Assembly (NCBI RefSeq): GCF_006345805.1
Contig: NC_043007.1
Coordinates: 6,820,001-6,884,000, forward strand
DNA from: Octopus sinensis
Lineage: Eukaryota
Length of the DNA: 64,000 nucleotides
Reading direction: 5' to 3'
The first letter of the stretch is position 1. Every line of letters starts with the position of its first letter. A program made the translations under genes and the position numbers. The notes under the pieces are model-generated. The model was not told the DNA's origin. It searched no databases and saw only the letters and a program-made list of their open reading frames with translations. Shown piece after piece: positions 40,770 through 53,307 of this stretch.

Positions 40770-41080
40770 ATAGGAAGTGTCACCTGTCCACACCCAGCAG
40801 ACTAAGGTGACACTTGTTTACTGGTCATGCATCAAGAACTCTGCGAAGAATTGTTACAGCTCCAAGAAATCACAGGGCAACGACGTGGAATGAGTAATGT
40901 CCAGATGGAGTCACCGAGAATGAGAATTGCAAAATCCTGTGGGATGCAACGATCCAGTGTGATAACCTGACCAGACATCGGAAACCGAGAATTGTTGCAG
41001 TGAATAATAGAGGAAGAACATGCATAATAATAGACATAGCATGCCCCGGAGACAACAGGATCAATAAGAAAGAAAAATAA
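40770..41080 (+). mobile_element. Non-LTR retrotransposon remnant, restriction-like endonuclease domain (R4/Dong-like)
   Basis: In frame from 40886: WNE*CPDGVTENENCKILWDATIQCDNLTRHRKPRIVAVNNRGRTCIIIDIACPGDNRINKKEK*. This matches the KILWD..IQ.D...RPD...IID.A.P pattern; the fragment is flanked by (TTA)n/(TAA)n. Confidence 0.8.
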
Positions 41081-41127
41081 TAAATAAACAACTATAATTA
41101 TTATTATAAATAATAATACTAATTAAC

Positions 41128-41562
41128 CTTACAAGAGATGGAATTTTGTGGGAGGCGGCCAGTCGTTTAGATCGACCCTAGAACACAACTGGTAATTGAT
41201 TTATTGCCTCCGAAAAAAATAAAGAACAAATTGACTTCGGCGGGATTTGAACTCAGAGCGTAACGACAGACGAAATACTGCACAGCATTTTGCCCGGCGT
41301 GTTAATGGTTCTGCCAGCTCACGGTATTATAAATAATAATAATAATAATCCTTTCTACTATAGGCACAAGGCCTGAAATCTGGGGGAGGGGGATAGTCGA
41401 TTACATCGACCCCAGTACTCTACTGGTACTTAATTTATCGACCCACGAATGGATGAAAGGCAAAGTTGATCTGCGCGGAATTCGAACTCAAAACATAACG
41501 ACAGACGAAATATCGAGAAGCATTTCGCCCGGCGTGCTAGCGGTTGTGCCAGCTCGACGCCT
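41128..41562 (-). mobile_element. Two tandem SINE family A copies (41128-41323 and 41349-41562)
   Basis: Each has gtcgat..atcgaccc...ggcggaatt.gaactca...ctgccagctc; they are separated by (AAT)n. Confidence 0.85.
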
Positions 41563-41880
41563 TATTAATAACAATAACAACATCAAGAAGAAGAAGAAGA
41601 AGAAGAAGAAGAAGAAGATCAAATAAATAGTGCGTGCGTTTCATTGGCAAAAGATGACCTTTCCTAAATATGGCAATATGTATTTTGTGGTAAATAGTTG
41701 TCGTCTAAATTACACAAAGGTTAAAATAACACTGACATCCCATTTTATCATTTATATTATATATATATATAATATATTATATATTATAATATTATATATA
41801 TATATATACTATATATATATTATACACATGCACGCACACACACACAACCACACTCCACACACACACATACACACACACAT

Positions 41881-41924
<44 letters not shown>

Positions 41925-42184
41925 CTTAGAATATGTGAAATCAGGCATCTAGTGTGAAGATTTTGGTGTTGGCATGGGGTGGTTCCCTCTCGTGTCAGCT
42001 TATGCGTTTGTATCTGCGCTCTTCTTACAGCGTTAAGAGTGTCTTAACTCTTATTTCTAGCAATGTAGTTATGGCGGTACGTTTAGTCACACTTACTACC
42101 GACAGAGGTTTTCCTTTATGCTATCGTATAACTATTTATAATAAATTTTTATATACGTATATACATATAAACAGATAGATAGAT

Positions 42185-42223
<39 letters not shown>

Positions 42224-42236
42224 GAGACAGACAGAC

Positions 42237-42297
<61 letters not shown>

Positions 42298-42360
42298 TAT
42301 AGATAGATAGACAGACAGACATATAGAAAGATAGATAGATAGATAGATAGACAGACAGAT

Positions 42361-42433
<73 letters not shown>

Positions 42434-43064
42434 TGTTTCTTTATTAGCCACACAAGATAGATAGATAGATAGATACATACATACATACATACATCCATAC
42501 ATACATGGATAGATAGACACGACAGATTGCGTGTGTGTATCCTTGCCATGTATTTGCATGCATAACTGATTGCCATTCAACTCTTTCTGAATGTCGGGCA
42601 ATCCTAGTCATCACACAGCATGCTATACGCATAGAAAGTACTCTCAATGGCATCCCATGAGACACTTTTAAATGATACACACGCGCACACAAACACATTC
42701 GCAATCAGTGTCACACACATACACACACATATAGGATGCGGAATGCAAACAGATGTATCTGTACCTGTGCGTTCATTGTCGCATGTGAAGGAGTTCGTTG
42801 CTGTGTCTATAATCGTACATATAGATACACACACACACAGGCGCGCGCATATGTATGCATTTATATGTATGTGTTTACATGATCATATGCTACTTATATA
42901 AATTCATTATTGAGAAGGAATTACTATGAACCTCCGTGTATGTGCATTTACAATATATATATATATATATATATAGGGAGATTTTACGAAAAAACAAAAG
43001 ACAAAGACATGTGGTGTACAAAACAAACAGATGTATTAGCATAACGCTCAGGAATAGAAAAAGT

Positions 43065-43100
43065 CTTTAACGTTTCGAGCCTACGCTCTTCTACAGAAAG
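43065..43100 (-). ncRNA. Hammerhead-like motif with non-canonical CUGUAGA core
   Basis: Minus strand CTTT-CTGTAGA-A-GAGC-GTAG-GCTC-GAAA-CGTT-AAAG. It sits in a repeat (about 42975-43130) that has a second copy on plus at about 28060-28225. Confidence 0.5.
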
Positions 43101-43215
43101 GGACACAGAAAAAACAAGGAGAGAAAAAATGTGTGTAGTGGCTAACGATCTATGCATATATATACATATATATATATCCATATCTAGACATATAAGTTTA
43201 ATAAATGCGTTTACA

Positions 43216-43267
<52 letters not shown>

Positions 43268-43367
43268 ATGTGTGTTTGTGTGTATTTGTGTGTATGGATA
43301 TATATTTATAAATGTATGTATATAAGCAAAATAAATATCTGAACAAAGTATAGACAGTAGCTGCACG

Positions 43368-43407
<40 letters not shown>

Positions 43408-43408
43408 A

Positions 43409-43440
<32 letters not shown>

Positions 43441-43449
43441 CATATATAC

Positions 43450-43512
<63 letters not shown>

Positions 43513-43523
43513 TATGTATGTAT

Positions 43524-43566
<43 letters not shown>

Positions 43567-43978
43567 CTGTATGTATGCTTGCATGCATATATGTGCATCT
43601 ATTCACGCACACAGGCACACGCTCATACAGACACCCACACCCACAAACACACATATACATCCTTTGTCAGGTCTTATATTTAAATAAACACATATAAACG
43701 TATGTGTGTGTGTGTAAGTGCGGATATGCATCTATGCATGTGTGCTCTGCGCTCGCGCGCGTGTGTTTGTGTTTGTGCGTGAGGGTGCGGACCTTTGTAG
43801 AGGGACAGAGAAGGGCTGAAGGCTGTTGCTTCTATTATTGATCATATGGCATTCATGCCGAGATTGCTTCACGCAAGTGCCATGCCACCTGTTGATTTCT
43901 TGCTTCTAATTTTACCCGATACTGGAATATATTTTCGTATTGGGCAACGGAACATGTTTTCCTGCAACGTCCACTCAC

Positions 43979-44036
43979 GAAGAGTGGATCTCTTTTATAC
44001 AAGACGCGCACACACCCTTCCTCACTAAAGTGTTTG
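43979..44036 (-). CDS. Candidate internal exon (58 nt; KHFSEEGCVRVLYKRDPLF), possibly upstream exon of the same gene
   Basis: Minus strand tgtattttcgttttag|CAAACAC...CCACTCTTC|gtgagt. It ends in phase 0, compatible with the 30772 exon. The exon could instead extend to a cgg|gtaaaa donor about 60 nt further. No homology recognised. Confidence 0.35.
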
Positions 44037-44170
44037 CTAAAACGAAAATACATCGATACACACAAACCCCAACATCAGCTTCGGCCAACGTGATCGGATT
44101 CACTCACGCATTTTGAGACCATTCCAAATACTAACATTATTCTACATACGACTGTATCTGTGTGTGTGTC

Positions 44171-44202
<32 letters not shown>

Positions 44203-44244
44203 TGAGTGAGTGAGTGAGTGAGTGAATGAGTGTGTGTTTGTGGC

Positions 44245-44275
<31 letters not shown>

Positions 44276-44626
44276 TGTGTGTGTGTATCTGTCCATCTGT
44301 GTGACGCATTGTATGTGCATGCATGCGAGTAGAGATACCGCTGCTCTGGAGGTATTTCTATTTGTGCGAATGTGTGTGTATGTGTGCGTGTGTGTGTGCG
44401 TGTGCGTGCTGTGGGAACGCTTCCTTCGTATTGTCCATTGTTAGCATAACGGTATTGTTTGAAGGATATTAGCTACCTACTTGTGGCAGGTCTAGCATCC
44501 ACTTAGAGACTCTGCCTGTCTCGTTGAGATCGTCCGCATCCATACCTCAGGTAATTCTGGTGAATGCTTAAACTTGGTGCAGTCATGAACATGCTACGTT
44601 GCTTTTCAGACAATATATACAATATG

Positions 44627-44704
<78 letters not shown>

Positions 44705-44705
44705 C

Positions 44706-44737
<32 letters not shown>

Positions 44738-44779
44738 TAGATAATAGATAGATAGATAGATAGATAGAAGATATAAGAC

Positions 44780-44815
<36 letters not shown>

Positions 44816-44817
44816 CT

Positions 44818-44928
<111 letters not shown>

Positions 44929-45864
44929 GTAGTATCATGTTGCGTCTTATCTAGCCGCCCACTCTGTATATTCTATTCTCAGAGGCGGAAATATACGATT
45001 CCTGTAAGGCATTGCTGCCATTGCTATGTGATTCCATATGTTGACGGAAATCATATCTCGAAAGTTCTATGGATCTTTTCAGGAGTATCTGAAAATAGAT
45101 TTTCGAACTAGTGCACTGCGATGCTTATATGTTAGACTGTTTGAAGTGAGTGGTGTTAAATTTGAGGGCGATTTAAAATATTATGAGGTCACTGGAGTGC
45201 AAACAGCGCTGTAGGGGGCGATAGATTCATCTGCCCCGATGTTTAGCATGTATTTTTTAAAAATCTAAATATAAAGTATGGAAAACATGTCAACGCAACT
45301 CTAGGACAAAGTGTTAGGTAGCCCCGATCAAAAAATAAAACATCAGCATTAATAGAAGACACCAAAATAGAAATATATTAATGAAGAAAGCGAAGTTTAT
45401 CGTATAATGAACAAAAGTTACCCAACTGGTGAAGGTGACGTGAGTCCCATCTGATGGGCAAATTCCCTGGTGGATTGATGTGGATTCCCGTTGATGAGCT
45501 TGTTCAATCGGTCCTAATGGAACTGAAAAGGTTAATCGGATGGAAGAGAGTGTGAGGTCGGGTGGAAATATTTCTGTGCGGTTTGTTTTCAGTCGTAGTT
45601 CCCTCTCTCTACATTGCACACATGTGTCCCGATCTATTTAGCAAAATTAGAATCTTCATTGAAAGCAAAGTGAATTAATATCGAAGTGGTTATTATTTCT
45701 ACTTAGCACTCTTTGCTCTTTTGTCTATAAAGTGGTGAAATTTTTCAAATTTTGACGAAGAAAATTTGTAGAAGGAAAATTGAGATACAAATATAAAATA
45801 TATCCTGTGTTACTTCAAATATGGTCGGAAAGAAACGCACGAATTTTTTTGACCACCCGATATG

Positions 45865-46713
45865 TCAGGTCACTCCATAAGTTCTGTCCGATTTTACCTT
45901 TTTAAAAATTGAATGAAATTTAATAGTATTTTAGAATGTCTAATGAAATTTAAAATTATTTTTATGCATTTTGTATATTTAAAATAATTAAATATTATTT
46001 TAAAGAATAATTGAATTAAAATTTCTTTGATTAAAACCCTTTCTAACATGAAAATATCCAAAGAGCATTTGAGGCACAGAATGCTTTATGAGTACAAAAA
46101 AGGAATCTCTGCAGCCGAAGCGACTCGAAACATTCACTCAGTTTATTGGAAAGAATGCTTGAATGAAAGAACTTGCAGAAGATGGTTTGCGAAATTCAGA
46201 AGAGGAGATTTCGGCCTTGAAGATGAAAATCGAACAGGACGTCCAGTTGAGTTTGTGGATAAGCTCCTTGAGGCATTACTTGAGGAAAATCCTGCATTAT
46301 CAGTTGAAGAATTGGCAATAAAGCTTAGTTCAAACCATACAACTGTTCATTGTCATATTCAACAACTTGGAAAGGTTCCTAAACTTGGAAAATGGGTGCC
46401 TCATGAAATGTCGGAAAGCAACCCCAAATCCTGAGTTGACATCTGCTCTTCTCTCATTCTCGCGAACTCATTTCAACCTTTTTGAATGGACTTGTGACTG
46501 GTGACGAAAAGTGGATCTTCTATCAAAATGTTAAACATCATAGGCGCGGGAGTGGCTGTGTGGTAAGTAGCTTGCTAACCAACCACATGGTTCCGGGTTC
46601 AGTCCCACTGTGTGCCATCTTGGGCATGTGTCTTCTGCTATGACCCCGGGCCGACCAATGCCTTGTGAGTGGATTTGGTAGACGGAAACTTAAAGAAGCC
46701 TGTCGTATATATG

Positions 46714-46761
<48 letters not shown>

Positions 46762-47579
46762 TGTGTTTGTGTTAGTCCCCCTAGCATTGCTTGACAACCG
46801 ATGGTGGTGTGTTTACGTCCCCGTCACTTAGCGGTTCGGCAAAATAGACCGATAGAATAAGTACTGGGCTTACAAAGAATAAGTCCCGGGGTCGATTTGC
46901 TCGACTAAAGGCGGTGCTCCAGCATGGCCGCAGTCAAATGACTGAAACAAATAAAAGAGTAAAAGAGTAAAAGAGTATCATAAATAGTTGCTTGGTAAAA
47001 GAGAAAAAGCTCAGCCACAGCCGAGAAGGGAACTTCAGGGGAAAAAGTTCTCTCTATCTTCTGGGATTACAAAGGAGTAATTTACTTTCAATTGTTACCA
47101 CCTAATGCAACAATCAATGCTCAAGTCTACTGTCAGTAACTAGAGCGTTTGAACCAAACTTTGGAGGAAAAAAGAGCCGCTTTAGTGAGTCGAAACGAGT
47201 GATGTTTCATGAGGACAATGCGCAACCCCACACTGCAAAGATCACATCACAGAAGATTGAAGAGCTTGGTTGGGAAAAATTCCTCATCCACCTTATTCTC
47301 TCAAACTTGCTCCTTCAGACTATCATTTGTTTCGTAGTTTACAGAATCATTTGGGGCACATAACTTTCGCAATTCAGGAGGAGGTCGAAACTGACATTTC
47401 AGAGTTCTTCACTTTGAAACCAAAAGAGATTGATGGGATTAAAAAGCTTGTAAATAGATGGAAGAAAGTCATAGATAATCAAAGAAAGTAGACTGATGAT
47501 TAAATTTCAATTAAATTATAACATTCGATCACTTGTTTTCTTTATTCAAAATACGGACGGAACTTATGGGTTGACCTGA
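45865..47579 (+). mobile_element. Mariner (DD34D) transposon with a nested SINE
   Basis: TIRs tcaggtcactccataagttctgtccg and cggacggaacttatgggttgacctga. Transposase runs from ATG 46048 (MKISKEHLRH...WVPHEM, VTGDEKWIFY, HEDNAQPH, HPPYSLKLAPSDYHLFRSLQ) to about 47491, with stops and frameshifts. Confidence 0.93.
46543..46976 (+). mobile_element. tRNA-derived SINE, family B (CORE-like, resembles octopus OR/OK-type SINEs), full length, inserted in the mariner
   Basis: A-box/B-box head (tggctgtgtggtaag...ggttcagtccc), central microsatellite and (TAAAAGAG)n tail. A 6-bp target duplication ATCATA is at 46537-46542 and 46977-46982. Confidence 0.9.
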
Positions 47580-47814
47580 TATATATTTCACTGAAGTTCA
47601 CTGCTATGTAGATAAATCTACAGCTATGAATCTGCCCAGAGTTACCTCTCTTCGGCATTTCTCATTGAGAAAGTCTAAAGAGCCAGAAATGCACATCTGA
47701 CTATCAGTTGGAGAGCAGCCCTGATGTGGTATGGTGTTTTACCATAAGAGAGAATTTTTTCAACACGGTGACCGCCGTAAATGTCATAATTTAACTAACC
47801 AAAAGATCTTTCAT

Positions 47815-48045
47815 GCCTGTTTCTTTTATCTTTTACTGGTTTCAGTCATCAGACTGCGGCCATGCTGGAGTGCCGGCCCGAAGAAGTTTTAGTCAAAAAT
47901 AATCAACTCAAGTATGTATATTCTTTCTAAATCTGGTACTTATTCTCTCGGTTGTTTGGTCGAAACGCTAGATTACAGGAACGTAAACACACCAATATCG
48001 GTTGTCAAATAGTGGTGGCAAACAAACACAGACAGACATACACAC
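47815..48045 (-). mobile_element. SINE family B, 3' half
   Basis: Reverse complement of the family B 3' part (tttcagtcatcagactgcggccatgctggag). Confidence 0.8.
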
Positions 48046-48104
48046 ACATACACACATGCATGTACACACACACACACACACACATATATATATGTATATA
48101 TATA

Positions 48105-48267
48105 GGCGCAGGTGTGGATGTGTGGTAAGTAGCTTACATACCAACCACATGATTCCGGGATCAGTCCCACTACGTGGCACCTTGGCCAAATGTCATCTAC
48201 TATAAGCTCGGGCCGACCAAACTCTTGTAAGTGGATTTGGTGGACGGAAACTGAGAGAAGCCCGTCC

Positions 48268-48308
<41 letters not shown>

Positions 48309-48527
48309 ATGTGTGTGTGTGTGTATTTACGTGTGTGTGTTTGTTCCCCACCATCGCTTGACAACCGATGTCGATGTGTTTACGTCCAGTTCGGCTAAGA
48401 GACCGATATAATGAGTACTAGGCTTACAAAGAAGGAGTCCTAGGGTCGATTTGTTTGACTAAAGGTGGTGCTCCAGCATGGCCGCAGTCAAGATGACTGA
48501 ACAAATAAAAGAATAAAAGAAAAGAAT
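48105..48527 (+). mobile_element. SINE family B, near full length
   Basis: Same head, body (ggccgaccaaa...gtggatttggt.gacggaaactga) and 3' end (ggtgctccagcatggccgcagtca...aaataaaagaat). Confidence 0.88.
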
Positions 48528-48638
48528 ATGAAAATATATATATGTGTGTGTATGTGTTGTTTATAATATATATAATATATATAATATGTATTTATATCTA
48601 TTTATATATATTATGTATGTAAATATATAATATATACA

Positions 48639-48669
<31 letters not shown>

Positions 48670-48699
48670 TATATAATATATGTGATATATTATATTTAG

Positions 48700-48730
<31 letters not shown>

Positions 48731-48809
48731 GGTATATATATGATATAGTATATATTTAAAATGTGTGTATATATATATATTTTAGATAATCTATATATAA
48801 TATATATAT

Positions 48810-48872
<63 letters not shown>

Positions 48873-49407
48873 TATATAAAATAAGCAGAAATTTTAAAAA
48901 GTAATATGTGGAAATTTTACGAAGAAGTATGTTAAATTATAAGGCACTAAAATAAAATGACTCTCCCCAGACACAACAGAATATGCTTCAACACATGAGC
49001 TCACATAAAGAATCTTGCAAACCAAATCCAAAAAACGAAATATATATATATATCATGGGCTTCTTCCAGTTTCCACTTATCAAGTCCACTCACAAGGCTT
49101 TAGTTAGTTCAAGTTTATAGAAGAAGACACCTACCCAAGCCGCCATGCAGTGAAACTAGACGAGGATACATGTAATTAGGAAGCAAGCAAATGACCACAA
49201 TGTTTCCGTTTACCAAATTCTTCCAACGAAAGAAATCTCATACCAAGTCCGAATGAAACTGGAACCGCGTGGTTATAACTAGCAGAATATCTTGACAACA
49301 GGTGCGCATTCGTTTTAATTAGTGTTGATTCCAATATTTTTTAGAGTCACGCATCTACAAATAATTAAAAACACCTTAACATGCGCTGGATTATTTGTAT
49401 GCGCCTG

Positions 49408-49452
<45 letters not shown>

Positions 49453-50228
49453 ACCAAATTGTTAATAGACGGACAAACCAAAACGTAACACACTTCCACA
49501 ATTTCGAGGAATCAACCTATTTGCCCCGCCTTTGTTCTTATTCAAATTGCAGCCACATATTTTCATTCATTCTCTTCCTCTCTTATTCTCAACTTCTTCC
49601 CTTCTAGAAATTTGCCGATAATATTTCTCCCAGGAGTCTAAAAGATTTCCTTTTGAAGGCCTGAGACCGAACCCTCAGTAAATTGCTTTTTGAAATGACA
49701 TAAGAACCTGAAACAAGCGGTATATATTAGAAATATGTATTGACGCAGTGCACCACTCACTTATATGACTTGTGGCTATTCACATATATAGATAGATTCG
49801 TGTGTGAAATACACAGATACACATACACACACAAATATATACACATATGTGCACCTATGTGTGTGTACGTGGGTGTGTGCGTTTGCGTTTGAGTGGGTGT
49901 ATGCGAACTCAACCGTGTTTTTATGTGTGTGTATATATATTAAATATATATATGTGTGTGTGAATACACGAATAAGTATAAATACATACATTATATATGC
50001 GTGTGTGTGTGTATGTGTGTGTGCTGGCGAGAATTGTAAAGTTCTGGCGTATAACTAATCACATTCTCTTTCATGTTTTGTATCGAAATTTCCTTTATCT
50101 TTTATTCCTCATTATGACTAATGTCGCGCACCAAATTATTTATAATTACCTATAGTTACTCGTTATTCTGTGATTAAGGTCAGATATACTCCATTGAGCT
50201 CATGAGGTTTATATCACATTCAAACACA

Positions 50229-50264
<36 letters not shown>

Positions 50265-50266
<2 letters not shown>

Positions 50267-50618
50267 CACAAAATTAAGAGGAATGACCGCTAAAGTGGAC
50301 ACCCTATATGCTAAACATAGACGTCAAAACGCCATTACCATGAAGAATGTGTTCTCAAGAAAAACAATCTCCTGCAAAAATGCCAAAATGTAAAAATGAG
50401 CAAAACAAATGAAAACATAGGAAATAAAAACGATTACCTCCGGACCAATTTGTTTCACTCGTTAATATCTACCTATATAAACACGCAGAGATCTGCAGGA
50501 TCCTCATTTTTACATTTCTCTCTTGAGAATACATTCTTCGTGGTGATAGCGATTTGACGTCTATGTTTAGCATATAGGGTGTCCACTTTAGTGGTCATTC
50601 TTCTTGATTTTATATGTA
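50265..50618. mobile_element. MITE-like element with about 100-bp TIRs
   Basis: aatgaccgctaaagtggacaccctatatgctaaacatagacgtcaaa and its reverse complement at about 50550-50600. Confidence 0.8.
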
Positions 50619-51180
50619 ACAGAATTTTTAATCTTCGAATTTTTAAATATGCTAAACCACTGGTTTTAATTGATTAACATCAATTTCTACCGTTGTTATT
50701 TAATTTTTATATATATATACTATATATGTCATGAGATATAGTTGGTATATATATATATATATATTCTATATAATATATATATATATAGTTATATATATAT
50801 ATATGTATTTATGTATGTATGTATTATGTATGTATGTATGTATGTATGTATGTATGTATGTATGTATGCATGTATGTATACATGTATGTGTGTGTGTGTA
50901 TATATGTATTTATCAAAATATCAGAGGTCCTTCCACAGCTATAGGCGCAGGAGCTTAGTTTCACGGATTGTTTGGTGTTTATATTTTCCCCACACCTGGA
51001 CAGAGCGGCGATCAGACGCGATGTTACTCGTTTTCGCCGGCAAAGTTGACTAGAGCAGCGTGAAAGGAAATGTTTTGCTCAAGAACTCAATTCATCACCG
51101 GTTCCAGAATCGAAACCAGAATTTTGCTATCATGAGTGCAACAACCAAGTCATTAAGCCACGCGTGTTCTCATACATACA

Positions 51181-51395
51181 TTTTTGCCGAAGGACAAGAA
51201 GCCGAAACCAAGAAGCCGAATGGTCACTATGCTGAAAAGATATACGAAAATTAAAATTTAATCTCGTTAAACCTCAAGTGCTAAATTGGTGAATTGGCCA
51301 TTATACTACAGAGGTAGCAATGGGCTTCCTTTTTTTTTCTATTATTCTTGTGTCCGTTCGGCATTGTGTCCATTCGGCATCTTGTCCTTCGGCAA
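51181..51395. mobile_element. Small MITE-like element with TIR ttttgccgaaggacaaga and tandem gccgaa subrepeats
   Basis: ttttgccgaaggacaagaagccgaa versus ttcggcatcttgtccttcggcaaaa. Confidence 0.65.
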
Positions 51396-51540
51396 AACTG
51401 CATTCTGCATCTCGTCCGTGCACGACATGCATGTATGCATGCATGCATGCAGCCATCCATCCATCCATACATACATACATACAGACATACACAACACACA
51501 CACATACATACATACATGCGTAATGCATACATACCTACAT

Positions 51541-51850
51541 CCTGGCACACCATCAGTTACAACAGCCTGCTCGTGAACTTGACGTGTAAGTGGCTGAGCA
51601 CTCCACAGACACGTGTACCCTTAACGCAGTTCTTGGGGAGATTCAGCGTGACACAGAATGGGACAGGGTTAGTCCTTTGAAATACAGACAGAAAAGATAC
51701 CGGACGAAAGAGTGAGAGAAAGTTGAGGTGAATGAGTACAGCTTTAGGTGTTTTCGCTCAATGAACATTCATAACAGCCGGTCTGGGAATCGAAACCGCA
51801 ATCATACTACCGCGAGTCCGCTGCTCTAACCGCTGGGCCATTGCGCCTCC
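51541..51850 (-). mobile_element. tRNA-derived SINE, family D
   Basis: Minus-strand head ggaggcgcaatggcccagcggttagagcagcggactcgcgg...gtttcgattccc. Confidence 0.75.
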
Positions 51851-52500
51851 ACCTACACATACACATATTTAATGAGATTGATGCCATTTCACGTATTTGC
51901 ACCTCTTGCATAGAAGCAGTATTTTGCGTGATCTTAGCGAGGTGTATGGAATGAAGAAAGAGTGAGGAAGGATAGCCTGGAGTCTGCATAGAAATTGTAT
52001 AACAGTGGTCGGTTCCACCGAGTAAAGGACATTCTGGTACGTGAGATGACACACAAAGAAGAATCGAACCAGCAAGAACTGAACCGGTGGAAGCGTCAGC
52101 GTGGTGAATAATGAAGAGATCACAAAGACACGATCATCTTCGCTCTTAAGAAATGTTTGAATCGGTAGATTGTTGAACTTTTCTCATATATAATAAGAAG
52201 TGTGTAGTGGACAATAGATTATCACTGAGATGGAATACAATATTCATGATCAGTCGTGACTTTGGCAAATGGAGACAATTCTTCAGCGCAACAGAAAAGA
52301 AATGATTTCAAAGGCAGCAGTAAAAATAGCGAAAATTATACAGCAACGAATTCAACAGCTGTATAAAGCATATAACGTTACAGACAAAAGGGTAATGATG
52401 TATAAAGTTATGAATTATAACAGCATATTGCCAATGTGATTTGTGTTGAAAAACTATGGTATTAGTTGAAGGAGGTAAACTAAATATACATACATGCGTG

Positions 52501-52544
<44 letters not shown>

Positions 52545-53248
52545 TATATATATATCTACATATATATATATACATATATATATGCAACATACACGCACGT
52601 GTGTATATCGATCAAATATTAAAGGTAAACCAGTTGATTTATTGTATCATGTTGGTGTGCATAATAATTTAACTTGTGAATTTCTTCATATTTCCTGCAT
52701 CTGAAGTACTTCTATACTAAATAATGATGTCGTTATCACTTCATCACGATTATTCACACTGTTATCGTAACTATGATCAGAACAGTTTTTAAAATAATCA
52801 CCACCACCCCCATCACCATCATTATCATTATCGTCATCATCATCAACACTGTCCTGGTCACACTAGTTCCAATCCTTACACTTTATTGATTAATATTTGT
52901 ATAAACAAAATCTTTCTTTCAGTTAGATGTCTGGTGGCTTCCGGTAAAAACCACTTTATTTGAGAGATTAGAATTTTCAAGCAAATTACTCACTGGTGTT
53001 ACCAATCAACGTAAATTCCAGAGAAATCGAAATTGTTTCCTCGGCATTCAACGCTTAAACGCTTGCCTTTGACTCTTCCTCGTATCAATCTCTCTTTTAC
53101 CACATATTTAGGACTATCTTCAAATTTCATTTCACTCTAAACCAAAGAGTTCATTCCATGCAGTTTCAACATCAATTAGCATATATATATCCATATATAT
53201 ACATATATATACATATACATACATATACATATACATACATATACATAG

Positions 53249-53307
<59 letters not shown>

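Noticed and set aside
51900-52300. Coding-like plus-strand stretch with several in-frame stops
   Set aside because: No recognisable family and no splice signals; probably a very old TE fragment.
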